A stretch of 63,864 nt of DNA, the filler included, from an uncultured Methanosarcinales archaeon (GTDB lineage Archaea; Nanobdellota; Nanobdellia; Woesearchaeales; CAYSVS01): NCBI GenBank assembly GCA_964434475.1. It is 5 parts of 5 records of this genome, joined end to end, with 100 filler letters (N's around TTAATTAATTAA, not from the genome) between each part and the next. Parts side by side here need not be neighbours in the genome. Positions count along the whole stretch, not along the records: positions 39,212 to 51,586 come from CAYSVS010000039.1; positions 51,687 to 63,864 come from CAYSVS010000040.1; 3 more parts are not named here. One strand, 5' to 3'. The translations under genes and the position numbers were made by a program. The notes beneath the pieces are model-generated. The model was not told the DNA's origin. It made no database searches and was given only the letters and a program-made list of their open reading frames with translations. Positions 50,851 through 59,385 of this stretch are shown here, piece by piece. Positions within the stretch are counted from its first letter, which is position 1; each line of letters opens with the position of its first letter.

Positions 50851-51330
50851 TTAAGTTTTCAAAAATAATGATGCTATTATGCCATTGCCGAATATGCTTG
50901 CAAATAATACCGCTGTTCCTGCAATCAATACGCCTATCACTGATGCTATAATGTAATCTTTAAACTTGAACCCTAATAAATATGCACCTAATGCTCCTGA
51001 ATAAACTCCTGATCCTGGTAAGGGTATGCCTATAAATAATGCTAGTCCTATTGTTCCGTATTTTTCCACATATGGATGCACTTTTTTCTGTGTTTTCAGA
51101 ACTATTTTATCATAAGGCTTTCTGATAAAATCAAAGTCTAAGAACAGATGCATCATATAATTTACGAATATCCACAGCAGCGGCGCAAGCAAGATGTTGG
51201 TTACTATACATATCAAAAAAACACTTGGCCTGCTAAGGCTTGTATTAAATATACCATAAGGTATGCTTGCCCTTAGTTCTAAGAAAGGCAATAATGTAAG
51301 AACTATTAATGTGTTAATTTCTGCGTTCAT
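50851..51330 (-). CDS. Small multi-drug export family (COG2426) membrane protein
   Basis: LPFLELRASIPYG, FIGIPLPGSGVYSG. Confidence 0.9.
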   Translation of the reverse strand: MNAEINTLIVLTLLPFLELRASIPYGIFNTSLSRPSVFLICIVTNILLAPLLWIFVNYMMHLFLDFDFIRKPYDKIVLKTQKKVHPYVEKYGTIGLALFIGIPLPGSGVYSGALGAYLLGFKFKDYIIASVIGVLIAGTAVLFASIFGNGIIASLFLKT

Positions 51331-51353
51331 ACTCAAATAAATATTGTCTTGAT

Positions 51354-51479
51354 TTAAATATTTATTCTTTCTCTGCAGTATGGACAGAATACAGATATAT
51401 GTCCCGGCTCAACTACATGTTTTATCTTGTTTTTGCATCCAGGACAATCCATATCGCTATATTCAATCACTTTAGTCAT
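51354..51479 (-). CDS. 41-aa CPxC zinc-ribbon microprotein
   Basis: Hand-translated MTKVIEYSDMDCPGCKNKIKHVVEPGHISVFCPYCRERINI*; TATA upstream. Confidence 0.75.
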   Translation of the reverse strand: MTKVIEYSDMDCPGCKNKIKHVVEPGHISVFCPYCRERINI

Positions 51480-51532
51480 TTATTTTCAGAAAAAAGGAAT
51501 ATTAACTGGATTTATAAACTTTTGTTATTACT

Positions 51533-51586
51533 CTGGAGTTGTGCAGATTTTTCTAAAAACCGAAAAAATTAGGTAGTTGAACACTT
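51533..51586 (+). mobile_element. IS-like element B terminus (end X), copy 2
   Basis: Exact reverse complement of 26622-26670. Confidence 0.85.
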
Positions 51587-51686
51587 NNNNNNNNNNNNNN
51601 NNNNNNNNNNNNNNNNNNNNNNNNNNNNNNTTAATTAATTAANNNNNNNNNNNNNNNNNNNNNNNNNNNNNNNNNNNNNNNNNNNN
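51587..51686. other. Assembly spacer
   Basis: N run with TTAATTAATTAA. Confidence 0.99.
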
Positions 51687-51859
51687 CTATAACTTACAGG
51701 AGATGCTAAAGCAACAAGGATTGAATCCACTGTGGGGGAGGAAGTTGTGCCTCCGGCAGTTCCACCACCTCCACCACTTCCACCACCGCATCCAGTGATG
51801 TTGAGCAGGAAAGCTGCAAGGACAAATATTGATAAAAATATGTTTTTCAAAGTTGACAT
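51687..51859 (-). CDS. Lipoprotein, 5' fragment truncated by contig end
   Basis: NITGC lipobox-like then GGGSGGGGG linker; GGAG RBS. Confidence 0.8.
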
Positions 51860-51879
51860 TTAGTCTCCATCATTGCATT

Positions 51880-53922
51880 TTAGTCTTGTTCTAAAGCATA
51901 TAAGATGGAGCGATTGATACCATCATAATAGCTTATATGCGCTTTATCTGTCGAATCTATGGCAAGAGAACAGGAAAACCCTACATTCCCTGAACTGTCG
52001 ATTGTTTCTGTTTGCCAGAATCCACTGTAACTGACATATTTCAGATTACCATTATCAAAAAAAACAATATGTGGATTATTGTTAGAATCAATTGCAATAG
52101 AAGTATTACCTGCGGAGGCATCATCCAGTGTAATAACTTGCCACCCCCACACTCCTGAATACTCAGCATATTTCAAGCAAGAATTTGTTGTATCGTAGTA
52201 ACTGACAAACAGATTATCAGAAGAATCTATTGCTAACGAATTGTACTTCCCTACATCACCCCAGTTATCAATTTCTTCTGTGTGCCAGGAACCGTCATTC
52301 CATGCGTGATTCAATGTGTTGCCTGCGCCATCATAATAACTAATATGCGGATTTCCTGCAGAATCAAGCACAAGAGAGGAATATTTTCCAAAGTCGCCAG
52401 CAACAACTGTCTCGATATTCCATGCGCCATTTTTTTCAGCGAATCCAAGATTGTTCCCAACAAGTGCGTAGTAGCTGAGATGAGGATTGTCTGCATTGTC
52501 AAGTGCTAGAGAGACATGCCGATCAATAATATTCACCGCAACTGTTTCAGTTTGCCAAGAGCCATTATTGTATGTATACATCAATTGTGAGGGGGAGAAA
52601 TTATTGAAACTTATACATGGATTCCCAGCAGAATTAATGGCTAAGGATTTATATTCTACAAATCCTGCTGAATAAACGGTTTCAGTCTGCCAGGAAGCAT
52701 TATACGATGCATACTTTAATGGGCTGTCATTTCCTCCAGAATAAGCAATATGTGGATTATCAGAAGAGTCAACGGCTATCGAGCAATCTCCCCATCCTGA
52801 AGCAGCAAAGGTATCTATCGTTGTTACATTCCAATCGCTCTCGCTTGCTCCCCAACTAGGATCATTGGATGTACCTCTATAAATTTTATTCATATAAAAA
52901 TCCTGAATTTCCAGTGCAGTATAATTGTAGACCTCACCTGCAGGAAGAGTGAAATCGACAGTGTTTGTTGCCTGCGAAATTCCTTTTGCAAGGTAATCAT
53001 TGTTCTGACCATGAACTACTATTTCATAGTTGTTGCCGCCGTTTATCGTTGAAGTATCATCATTCCAGGTTACTGTTATTGTTTGACCGTTCTGGCTGAC
53101 ATTGGCACTTGGTGAAGAGAGTTCTGCTTCAATGGTTCTTCTGTATCCCATAGTCTCACCATTTGAAAAAGTAATATACCAATCATAGGTTCCTGTTTCT
53201 AATTTGCCTGGCATATACTCACTCCGCCAGTTCCCTGAATAATTTTCTGTGAAAGTCAACCCGAGTGATACATTATCTTTTTTCAAATCAATACTATTGA
53301 TAGGGTAATCTGGATCATCATCAACGGCAAATATTGTATGGGGTATTTCTGTAAAATAATCTGTTGCCGCTGCCCAAAGCCATTTTACTTCTTCATCTCT
53401 TACAACCTGCCAACTATTGCGATCATTTTGGAAAAGCACTGGAAATTTATAATGATAAGTTTCAGCAATATCTGTATAGGCAGTGCCGTCTTTATAATAA
53501 AAATCGGCGTTACTTCTTGATCTTGTCCAGGTCACTGTTGTGTCGATATCACAAACACCTACTGTATCCGTTGCATAATATACATCTTCTGCTGACATTG
53601 TTAGGGATGTGATTGTTGGAATAATGCTATTCGAACATACAGTTTCTCCGATAACGTAAGCAGAAAAACCATTCACTATTGCTGTTCTTGAAACAGCGTT
53701 GAACTTTGCATTTGAATGAAGTATAGATGAGAATTGTGTCGTGTTCTTATTAATGATTGCCTGACGCAGGTTTTCAACAGCTTCAGGGATTGTGCTGCTC
53801 GTATAAGAAGCAGCTGCACCACCTCCACCGCCGCCGCCTCCACCGCCGCAAGCGGTTAATAGCGTACAGAGAACTCCAAAAGTAACAACTGAGGCAAAGC
53901 AATAGATTACTCGTCTTTTCAT
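51880..53922 (-). CDS. Large lipoprotein with C-terminal beta-propeller-like repeats
   Basis: LTAC lipobox, poly-Gly linker; seven repeats of SLAxDSxxNPHISYY...LKYA...W.TETV; AGGAGG RBS. Confidence 0.9.
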   Translation of the reverse strand: MKRRVIYCFASVVTFGVLCTLLTACGGGGGGGGGGAAASYTSSTIPEAVENLRQAIINKNTTQFSSILHSNAKFNAVSRTAIVNGFSAYVIGETVCSNSIIPTITSLTMSAEDVYYATDTVGVCDIDTTVTWTRSRSNADFYYKDGTAYTDIAETYHYKFPVLFQNDRNSWQVVRDEEVKWLWAAATDYFTEIPHTIFAVDDDPDYPINSIDLKKDNVSLGLTFTENYSGNWRSEYMPGKLETGTYDWYITFSNGETMGYRRTIEAELSSPSANVSQNGQTITVTWNDDTSTINGGNNYEIVVHGQNNDYLAKGISQATNTVDFTLPAGEVYNYTALEIQDFYMNKIYRGTSNDPSWGASESDWNVTTIDTFAASGWGDCSIAVDSSDNPHIAYSGGNDSPLKYASYNASWQTETVYSAGFVEYKSLAINSAGNPCISFNNFSPSQLMYTYNNGSWQTETVAVNIIDRHVSLALDNADNPHLSYYALVGNNLGFAEKNGAWNIETVVAGDFGKYSSLVLDSAGNPHISYYDGAGNTLNHAWNDGSWHTEEIDNWGDVGKYNSLAIDSSDNLFVSYYDTTNSCLKYAEYSGVWGWQVITLDDASAGNTSIAIDSNNNPHIVFFDNGNLKYVSYSGFWQTETIDSSGNVGFSCSLAIDSTDKAHISYYDGINRSILYALEQD

Positions 53923-53956
53923 ACACCCTCCTTTCCTATGACAATAGTTTTCTGAC

Positions 53957-54166
53957 TAGGAGAATGTTATCCGAATTTAGGAGAAATGTGAAGAATAAAT
54001 ATTTAAACTTTTTGCACCGGTTTCCTCTACCAACGACCAAGAATCAGTTTTTTTCCAAAAATTAATCCTTTTCCTAGTTTTTTATTAACTTTGATGAAAG
54101 AAACTGCTAAAATATCTTTTTGTTGACGGAAATATCTATCCTCAGTCTTTTCAGCATTCTCCTAAA
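53957..54166. promoter_or_regulatory. Inverted-repeat-flanked segment containing a leftward BRE/TATA promoter
   Basis: TAGGAGAATG (53957) and TTTAGGAGAA (53976) vs inverted CATTCTCCTAAA (54155-54166); minus-strand AAAAAGTTTAAATA at ~54000-54013. Confidence 0.5.
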
Positions 54167-54216
54167 ATGCGAAAAGAATATTCTTTACTAAAAGGGAGGC
54201 GCAATGTTTTTAAAAA

Positions 54217-54855
54217 ATGAGCAGCCACCATGAGCGTGAGTATTACAGTCTTGAAAAGGTAAGGTGTCTGAATATCGCTGAAATAAAAAGACTAAGGAAA
54301 GTGCTAAAGAGAAGACTGTATGCTAGAACTCAGTATTATGGACAATCCGCCATTAAGCAGTGGTTTTTGGTCGAATTGGGACTTTCCACTGGTTTAAGAA
54401 TCTCCGAGATCTGCAATCTAAGGATGAAGCATATCTTTTTGTATTCTGTAAGGCCGTTCGTCTTCGTAGAACAGGGAAAGGGTGGAAAATCAAGGCGAGT
54501 TGAAATCGATTTTGAGTTCAGAGAAACCGTGAAATCCTACATGATTATGAAAAAAGAGATCAATGAGTCTGTTAAGCTTGATGATTATCTTTTGCACAGT
54601 TCAAGATCTAATGGTAGATACTCTACAAGAGGATTGCAATTCATGTTTGCCAAATGTTTAGAAATTGCCAAGATTTCACAAGAGTTTTCTGTTCATTGCA
54701 TGAGGCACACTTTTGCATTGGCTGTCTACAAAGCCACCAAGTTCAATATTAGGTATGTTCAAAAGCAATTGGGGCATTCTTCTTTAAGAGTTACTGAAAT
54801 CTATCTACAAGCCTTGATGTCAGAATTACAAAAGCCGTTGAAGAGGTTGTATTGA
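54217..54855 (+). CDS. Tyrosine recombinase, catalytic domain only (FimB/FimE-sized)
   Basis: TGLRISE (R), GKGGK (K), HCMRHT (HxxR), LGHSS (H), TEIY (Y); 212 aa. Confidence 0.93.
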   Translation: MSSHHEREYYSLEKVRCLNIAEIKRLRKVLKRRLYARTQYYGQSAIKQWFLVELGLSTGLRISEICNLRMKHIFLYSVRPFVFVEQGKGGKSRRVEIDFEFRETVKSYMIMKKEINESVKLDDYLLHSSRSNGRYSTRGLQFMFAKCLEIAKISQEFSVHCMRHTFALAVYKATKFNIRYVQKQLGHSSLRVTEIYLQALMSELQKPLKRLY

Positions 54856-54896
54856 GTTTCGAAACATTTATATAGAATCTTGACAAAATTACATCT

Positions 54897-55247
54897 ATGA
54901 TCGAACGATTCGAAGCTATAGAAAGAGGCGGTAAAAAATATCTGATAGAGAAGCATCCGAGAGTTCTAAGAGCACCTATTTGGTATTTATATGAAAAAAG
55001 CGCAAGACTAAAGATTCACTGCCTTATTCCCCAAGTTGGAAGTTCATATGTCCTTTTCAAGGCTAAATGGCTAAAAGGGAAAGATGTTAAGGAACAGATT
55101 TCAAACCTATTAAAACATAAGGAATTTGAAGTTAATGAAGACAATTTCAAAGGCAGGTTTATCATAGCATCAAATTCCAACCATCCAAGTAATGCCAGCC
55201 ATAAGTTTATGTCCGGCCTGGTCGTTCAAATATCTAAGTTAGAGTAG
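54897..55247 (+). CDS. Hypothetical protein
   Basis: 116-aa ORF with TTTATATA promoter upstream. Confidence 0.6.
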   Translation: MIERFEAIERGGKKYLIEKHPRVLRAPIWYLYEKSARLKIHCLIPQVGSSYVLFKAKWLKGKDVKEQISNLLKHKEFEVNEDNFKGRFIIASNSNHPSNASHKFMSGLVVQISKLE

Positions 55248-55280
55248 AGATTGTTATCCCTTTCAGTTACAATCAATTCA

Positions 55281-56012
55281 ATGACTTCTAAGACGCATAG
55301 CTTTATTGCCAAACTTGCTCTAGCCTGCCTGGAACCAGAAGAACAGGAAATATTATTCCCAAGATGGGCTGGCATTGATTCAGGTGCCACCCTTTCAGAT
55401 GATTTCAGGATCATGTGGGACTTTGACCTTTCTGATTCGGAAAAGCGAAAACTTGTGCACCGTTTCTATGTGGATAGTGATAATCTTAAGGATAAAGGAT
55501 GTGTACCGAGGATTGTGATGCACACTGAAGGGGTCATTGATTTCATCAAGGTTTATGAGCCTGAAGATGAAGGCTACAGCGAGATTGAGTTTCTTGAGAA
55601 CATGGGCATGTTTCTGGGAATTATAAGCCACCATATTGCAGATATCTGCACTCCACTTCATGTCGGAAAAAAGCTCAACCACAAAGCAGCTAGTTTCAAA
55701 TCAAGAAAATCTTTTCATGACAGGATTGAGAAAGATATTGAGAAGTATTCTTCTCAAGCTCAGCTCCACTTAACTCCATGTGTTGAGATCCCTGTCACTG
55801 AAGCCCATTTTGAAGGCATTGCCATCCAGACTTACCAGAAGTATTTCCTTACGATTGAAGACATCTATCGCAATAACAATAACTCTCTCATCTATGAAAT
55901 GTCTTCAGATCTGATAAACACAGCAGTAATCCAAACAAGAGATACATGGCATACTGTTCTACAAGTCACCAAAATGACTGAGAATAAATGGTCTTATCAG
56001 CCTTTGCTATGA
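55281..56012 (+). CDS. Zn-dependent phospholipase C / S1-P1 nuclease-like protein
   Basis: N-terminal TH, HHIADICTPLH, FHDRIE zinc-ligand pattern. Confidence 0.75.
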   Translation: MTSKTHSFIAKLALACLEPEEQEILFPRWAGIDSGATLSDDFRIMWDFDLSDSEKRKLVHRFYVDSDNLKDKGCVPRIVMHTEGVIDFIKVYEPEDEGYSEIEFLENMGMFLGIISHHIADICTPLHVGKKLNHKAASFKSRKSFHDRIEKDIEKYSSQAQLHLTPCVEIPVTEAHFEGIAIQTYQKYFLTIEDIYRNNNNSLIYEMSSDLINTAVIQTRDTWHTVLQVTKMTENKWSYQPLL

Positions 56013-56016
56013 TGCC

Positions 56017-56343
56017 TTATATAGTTTCAATTACCAATTTGTTTCTTTCAGGATGGATATAAACTTCAGTATCCTTTTTCAATTTCAGATATTCGGATAT
56101 CTTCTTAGGAATCCTTACTGCAAGAGAATTGCCTGATTTTGATATCTTTGTCTTTTTCTCAAGCCCAAAAAGTCCTTTCTTTTTGGCAATATCCTCAATC
56201 TGTTTAACAACCGCTTCGTCCATAAAGGATTCACCGCAATGGTTACATACATCTGCCGGAAACTCACCGATTAACTCTCCGAAAACATACTCTTTGACTT
56301 TCTTCCTAACAAGTTTCCCTTTGTTACATATTGGACATTTCAT
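56017..56343 (-). CDS. Antitoxin: YgiT/MqsA-type zinc finger plus AbrB/MazE DNA-binding domain
   Basis: MKCPIC...VCNHCGE; KISKSGNSLAVRIPK; GGTGA RBS. Confidence 0.88.
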   Translation of the reverse strand: MKCPICNKGKLVRKKVKEYVFGELIGEFPADVCNHCGESFMDEAVVKQIEDIAKKKGLFGLEKKTKISKSGNSLAVRIPKKISEYLKLKKDTEVYIHPERNKLVIETI

Positions 56344-56348
56344 GATTC

Positions 56349-56549
56349 TCACCTTGGTTTGACAGTTATGACATAATAGACAGCTCCAATTTTTCTGCAA
56401 ACTACGCAAAAATGACCATAATAACAGAGCAGCTTATTGGGCTTCTGGATTGCTTTTGCTCCAAAAGCAATTGCTCTCTTCACTTCTTCAACACTTATGC
56501 CTCTCAAAATCATCCGATCTCTCGCGTGTTTGCTGAACTTCAATAACAT
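56349..56549 (-). CDS. DUF4258-like putative toxin (RelE/BrnT-type RNase fold)
   Basis: FSKHARDRMILRGISVEEV...YVITV. Confidence 0.82.
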   Translation of the reverse strand: MLLKFSKHARDRMILRGISVEEVKRAIAFGAKAIQKPNKLLCYYGHFCVVCRKIGAVYYVITVKPR

Positions 56550-56558
56550 TGTGCTTAC

Positions 56559-56570
56559 CTGTAATTACAG
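56559..56570. promoter_or_regulatory. Palindromic operator candidate of the TA operon
   Basis: CTGTAATTACAG perfect palindrome between the minus-strand TATA (~56584) and the toxin ATG. Confidence 0.55.
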
Positions 56571-56725
56571 TAAGGACAATGATTATTTAAATCTTGCGGT
56601 TGATTCTTCGATAAATTCTGAATCATGCAAAAATCTCAGTTATTACAACTTTTAAGCAAAAAATCAAAAAGTTTATATACTTATTTATCTTTTTGATAAC
56701 TGCGCATGTTACTAGGTTATAGATG

Positions 56726-56738
56726 CTCGGCCGGCGCA
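56726..56738 (+). other. tRNA 3'-end-like remnant (candidate att site)
   Basis: GC-rich CTCGGCCGGCGCA in AT-rich DNA at the island edge; resembles archaeal tRNA-Gly 3' ends. Confidence 0.4.
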
Positions 56739-56983
56739 TTTCAGTTTTAATGAAATAGCTAAGAGACTCGAATAATGAATAAAAACAAAAAAATGAAAGA
56801 GGATCAACATAACTAAATACTCACTAAATCTTGAAGCTAGGTTGATAAAAGCAAAGCTGTATGATTTTAAGACAAGAACAGCTATCAATAGAGCAGATAT
56901 TTATATGAAAAATCTATTAAATAGGCATAATCAAATATCTGAATGTATGCTATAACAAGATAAAAGATTATTTCAGAAATTAA

Positions 56984-57511
56984 CTACTTTTCAAACAATG
57001 TTTTGGTCCTAGTAGGCATCATCTGTTTCATCTGTGCAAATTGCTCTTCATCAACTGTCAATGGGCTTACGTTATATTCAAATTGCTCCTTTATTGCAGC
57101 ACATATCTGTTTGATTTCAGTCAGATCAAAGTTATTACCTATCAAAATTATATTTGCCCTATCTTTTTCTTCTTTTCCTTGCAAGAGTATCTTTTGCAAT
57201 CCTCGCAAATCTTTTGCTTTTGTTACAAAAACCTGCAAAGCCTGCTTCTGCTTTTTGATCAATTGACCTAAAAATCTAGTTTTCTCATTATCTCCAAGCC
57301 TATATACTTTAAATTTAGCAACCTTAATTTCATTTACTAATCCTAGATCAACCAACCTTCTGACAATCCTAAAAGTTGTTGCTAAAGATACTCTGCTTTT
57401 CTTGGACAACTCTCTTATATAAAACTCCTTTTTATCAAACTCATAGAATTTTCTTAATACAGCTAAAAGCTTGCTGTCAAACAACTGCTCAACTATATCA
57501 AGATTTTCCAT
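56984..57511 (-). CDS. Winged-helix regulator with degenerate nucleotidyltransferase-like C-domain
   Basis: EFYIRELSKKSRVSLATTFRIV; KILLQG...ANIILIG. Confidence 0.75.
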   Translation of the reverse strand: MENLDIVEQLFDSKLLAVLRKFYEFDKKEFYIRELSKKSRVSLATTFRIVRRLVDLGLVNEIKVAKFKVYRLGDNEKTRFLGQLIKKQKQALQVFVTKAKDLRGLQKILLQGKEEKDRANIILIGNNFDLTEIKQICAAIKEQFEYNVSPLTVDEEQFAQMKQMMPTRTKTLFEK

Positions 57512-57681
57512 TCTGCAAATAAGGGATACAGAGCCCATATTTAATGTTTTCTTTTTTGAAACACCGTTTCATTTATGAAAATGACCTTTGTTTCGTATGG
57601 AAAAGAGAATTTTAGTATACTTTTACCCATACCAAAAGAATTTACAAAATATTTTTATACTAGATATTCAACAACAAAGTT

Positions 57682-58251
57682 ATGATAAAGAAAATCAAAG
57701 GAATGATGCAGTTAAGCGAGCTCATGGAAAACATAGCAGAAAAAGTAAATATACAAAATAAAAAACTAGATGAATTCAGCAAAGACATATTTCATTTCAA
57801 GAATATTTTTGATGCAAAGCTGAAAGAAATAAATCAAGAGCAGAAAAGCGCAATAGAAAGATTTAACAGCGAAATAAAACAGATATCTGAACTTAAAGAA
57901 ATACTAAACAAAGAGATTAATGATATCAAACTTCAAAAAACACAAGTGATGAAAAAGATTGCAGATAACACAGATTCTGAGATAAAGGAAAGCATAGAAA
58001 GAATCAAAACAGATGTGCAGAAATACAATGATATAAAAAATCAGTTCAATTCAATAAGCGCAGAAATAGAAGATATAAAGAAAGAGATTGACAAATTCAA
58101 AAATATAAGCAAAAAGATCAAGGAAGAAGATTTTGAACTTACAAAATATGCAAACAAGATAATATCTATGGATAAGGAAAAGCTTGAACTTATGCAAAAG
58201 ATAGATACTCTTGAAAGGCTTATAAGCAAAGAAAGGAGGAGGAGAAGATGA
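57682..58251 (+). CDS. Coiled-coil protein
   Basis: Heptad-rich K/E/I sequence. Confidence 0.8.
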   Translation: MIKKIKGMMQLSELMENIAEKVNIQNKKLDEFSKDIFHFKNIFDAKLKEINQEQKSAIERFNSEIKQISELKEILNKEINDIKLQKTQVMKKIADNTDSEIKESIERIKTDVQKYNDIKNQFNSISAEIEDIKKEIDKFKNISKKIKEEDFELTKYANKIISMDKEKLELMQKIDTLERLISKERRRRR

Positions 58252-58799
58252 AAGTTGATTTCAGAAAATATATAGTAGTTCTTGTGATAGCTGTGCTCTT
58301 TACAGTCTTTGTTTTCAGCACAATTAATGCATTCTATGAAAAACCAGAGTATAATGATTATTGCAAACAAAAACCTAAGCCCGTTACACAGACAAAAGGC
58401 GAATGCAAACATATAGAAGCAAGTGATGAGCAAATAGAAGCTTGCGAAGGCATATTAGAAGCAAGATATGATGAAGACGGATGCGTCATAGAATACGTTT
58501 GCAAGACATGCCATAAAGAATATAAAGAAGCAAGAGAAATATATAACAGAAATGCATTTGTTATAACTTCAATAATAGGCATTATAGCAGTACTTGCTGG
58601 AATGTATCTACCAAAAGAAAAGAATCTGGCCAATGAATGGATAGGTACAGCATTCATGATAGGAGGATTATTCGTAATAGGTGCAGCAACCATGATGTAT
58701 TTCTACAGTCTGCATAAGTTTATCAAGCCTATAGTGATTTTCATAGAAATGTGCTTAGTCATATGGCTTACATATAAGAAATTCAGCAAAAATGCTTGA
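58248..58799 (+). CDS. Membrane protein with Cys-containing extracellular loop
   Basis: AFYEKPEYNDYC loop and four TM segments. Confidence 0.8.
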   Translation: MKVDFRKYIVVLVIAVLFTVFVFSTINAFYEKPEYNDYCKQKPKPVTQTKGECKHIEASDEQIEACEGILEARYDEDGCVIEYVCKTCHKEYKEAREIYNRNAFVITSIIGIIAVLAGMYLPKEKNLANEWIGTAFMIGGLFVIGAATMMYFYSLHKFIKPIVIFIEMCLVIWLTYKKFSKNA

Positions 58800-58810
58800 T
58801 TTTTTTATTT

Positions 58811-58951
58811 TTATAATTCTTCTAAAACATGCCTTTTTTCACTTATAGTGCCTTCTTTTGAACAATAAGGACATCTTTTAGGAGGCAATATCCTCTCTTT
58901 ATTTCTTGAATAAAACTCGTATTTACATACAGTACACCTGAATTTTTTCAT
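58811..58951 (-). CDS. Small zinc-ribbon protein
   Basis: FRCTVCKY...PKRCPYC. Confidence 0.75.
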   Translation of the reverse strand: MKKFRCTVCKYEFYSRNKERILPPKRCPYCSKEGTISEKRHVLEEL

Positions 58952-59136
58952 GTCGAAATTATAACATAACACATATTTAAACATTTCTTTAGGCGTATTT
59001 GTCACTTTATGGTGGTTAAAAAAAGAAAGATTTATATAGTTGCTTTACTTTAATAATGAAAAAACAGAAGCCCAAGAGTTTCTTCCATACATGCCCCCCC
59101 TCAAAATAAGTCTCTTGGGTATTTTTATTTTTAAAA

Positions 59137-59385
59137 ATGAAAAACATAGATAAATTAACAGATGAAATAGAACAAGAAGACAATCAAAACAATAAAGATA
59201 CTTCTTATAAAAGCAGCAACGATGTTGAACAAACAAATTGCGAAAATATAGAATACAAAGATCCCATAACAAAAGACTATATCTGCGAATTCAACAACAA
59301 ATTAGGAAGACAGACATTAAAACCAAGCTTGTTCCTTGAAAAACCTAAATTTAAAGATATAGAAATAATAGAAAAAAAAGAATAA
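59137..59385 (+). CDS. Hypothetical protein
   Basis: 82-aa ORF. Confidence 0.5.
   Translation: MKNIDKLTDEIEQEDNQNNKDTSYKSSNDVEQTNCENIEYKDPITKDYICEFNNKLGRQTLKPSLFLEKPKFKDIEIIEKKE

Noticed and set aside
56702..56738. Complete tRNA gene
   Set aside because: Too short, with no D, anticodon or T arms; kept only as a remnant/att candidate
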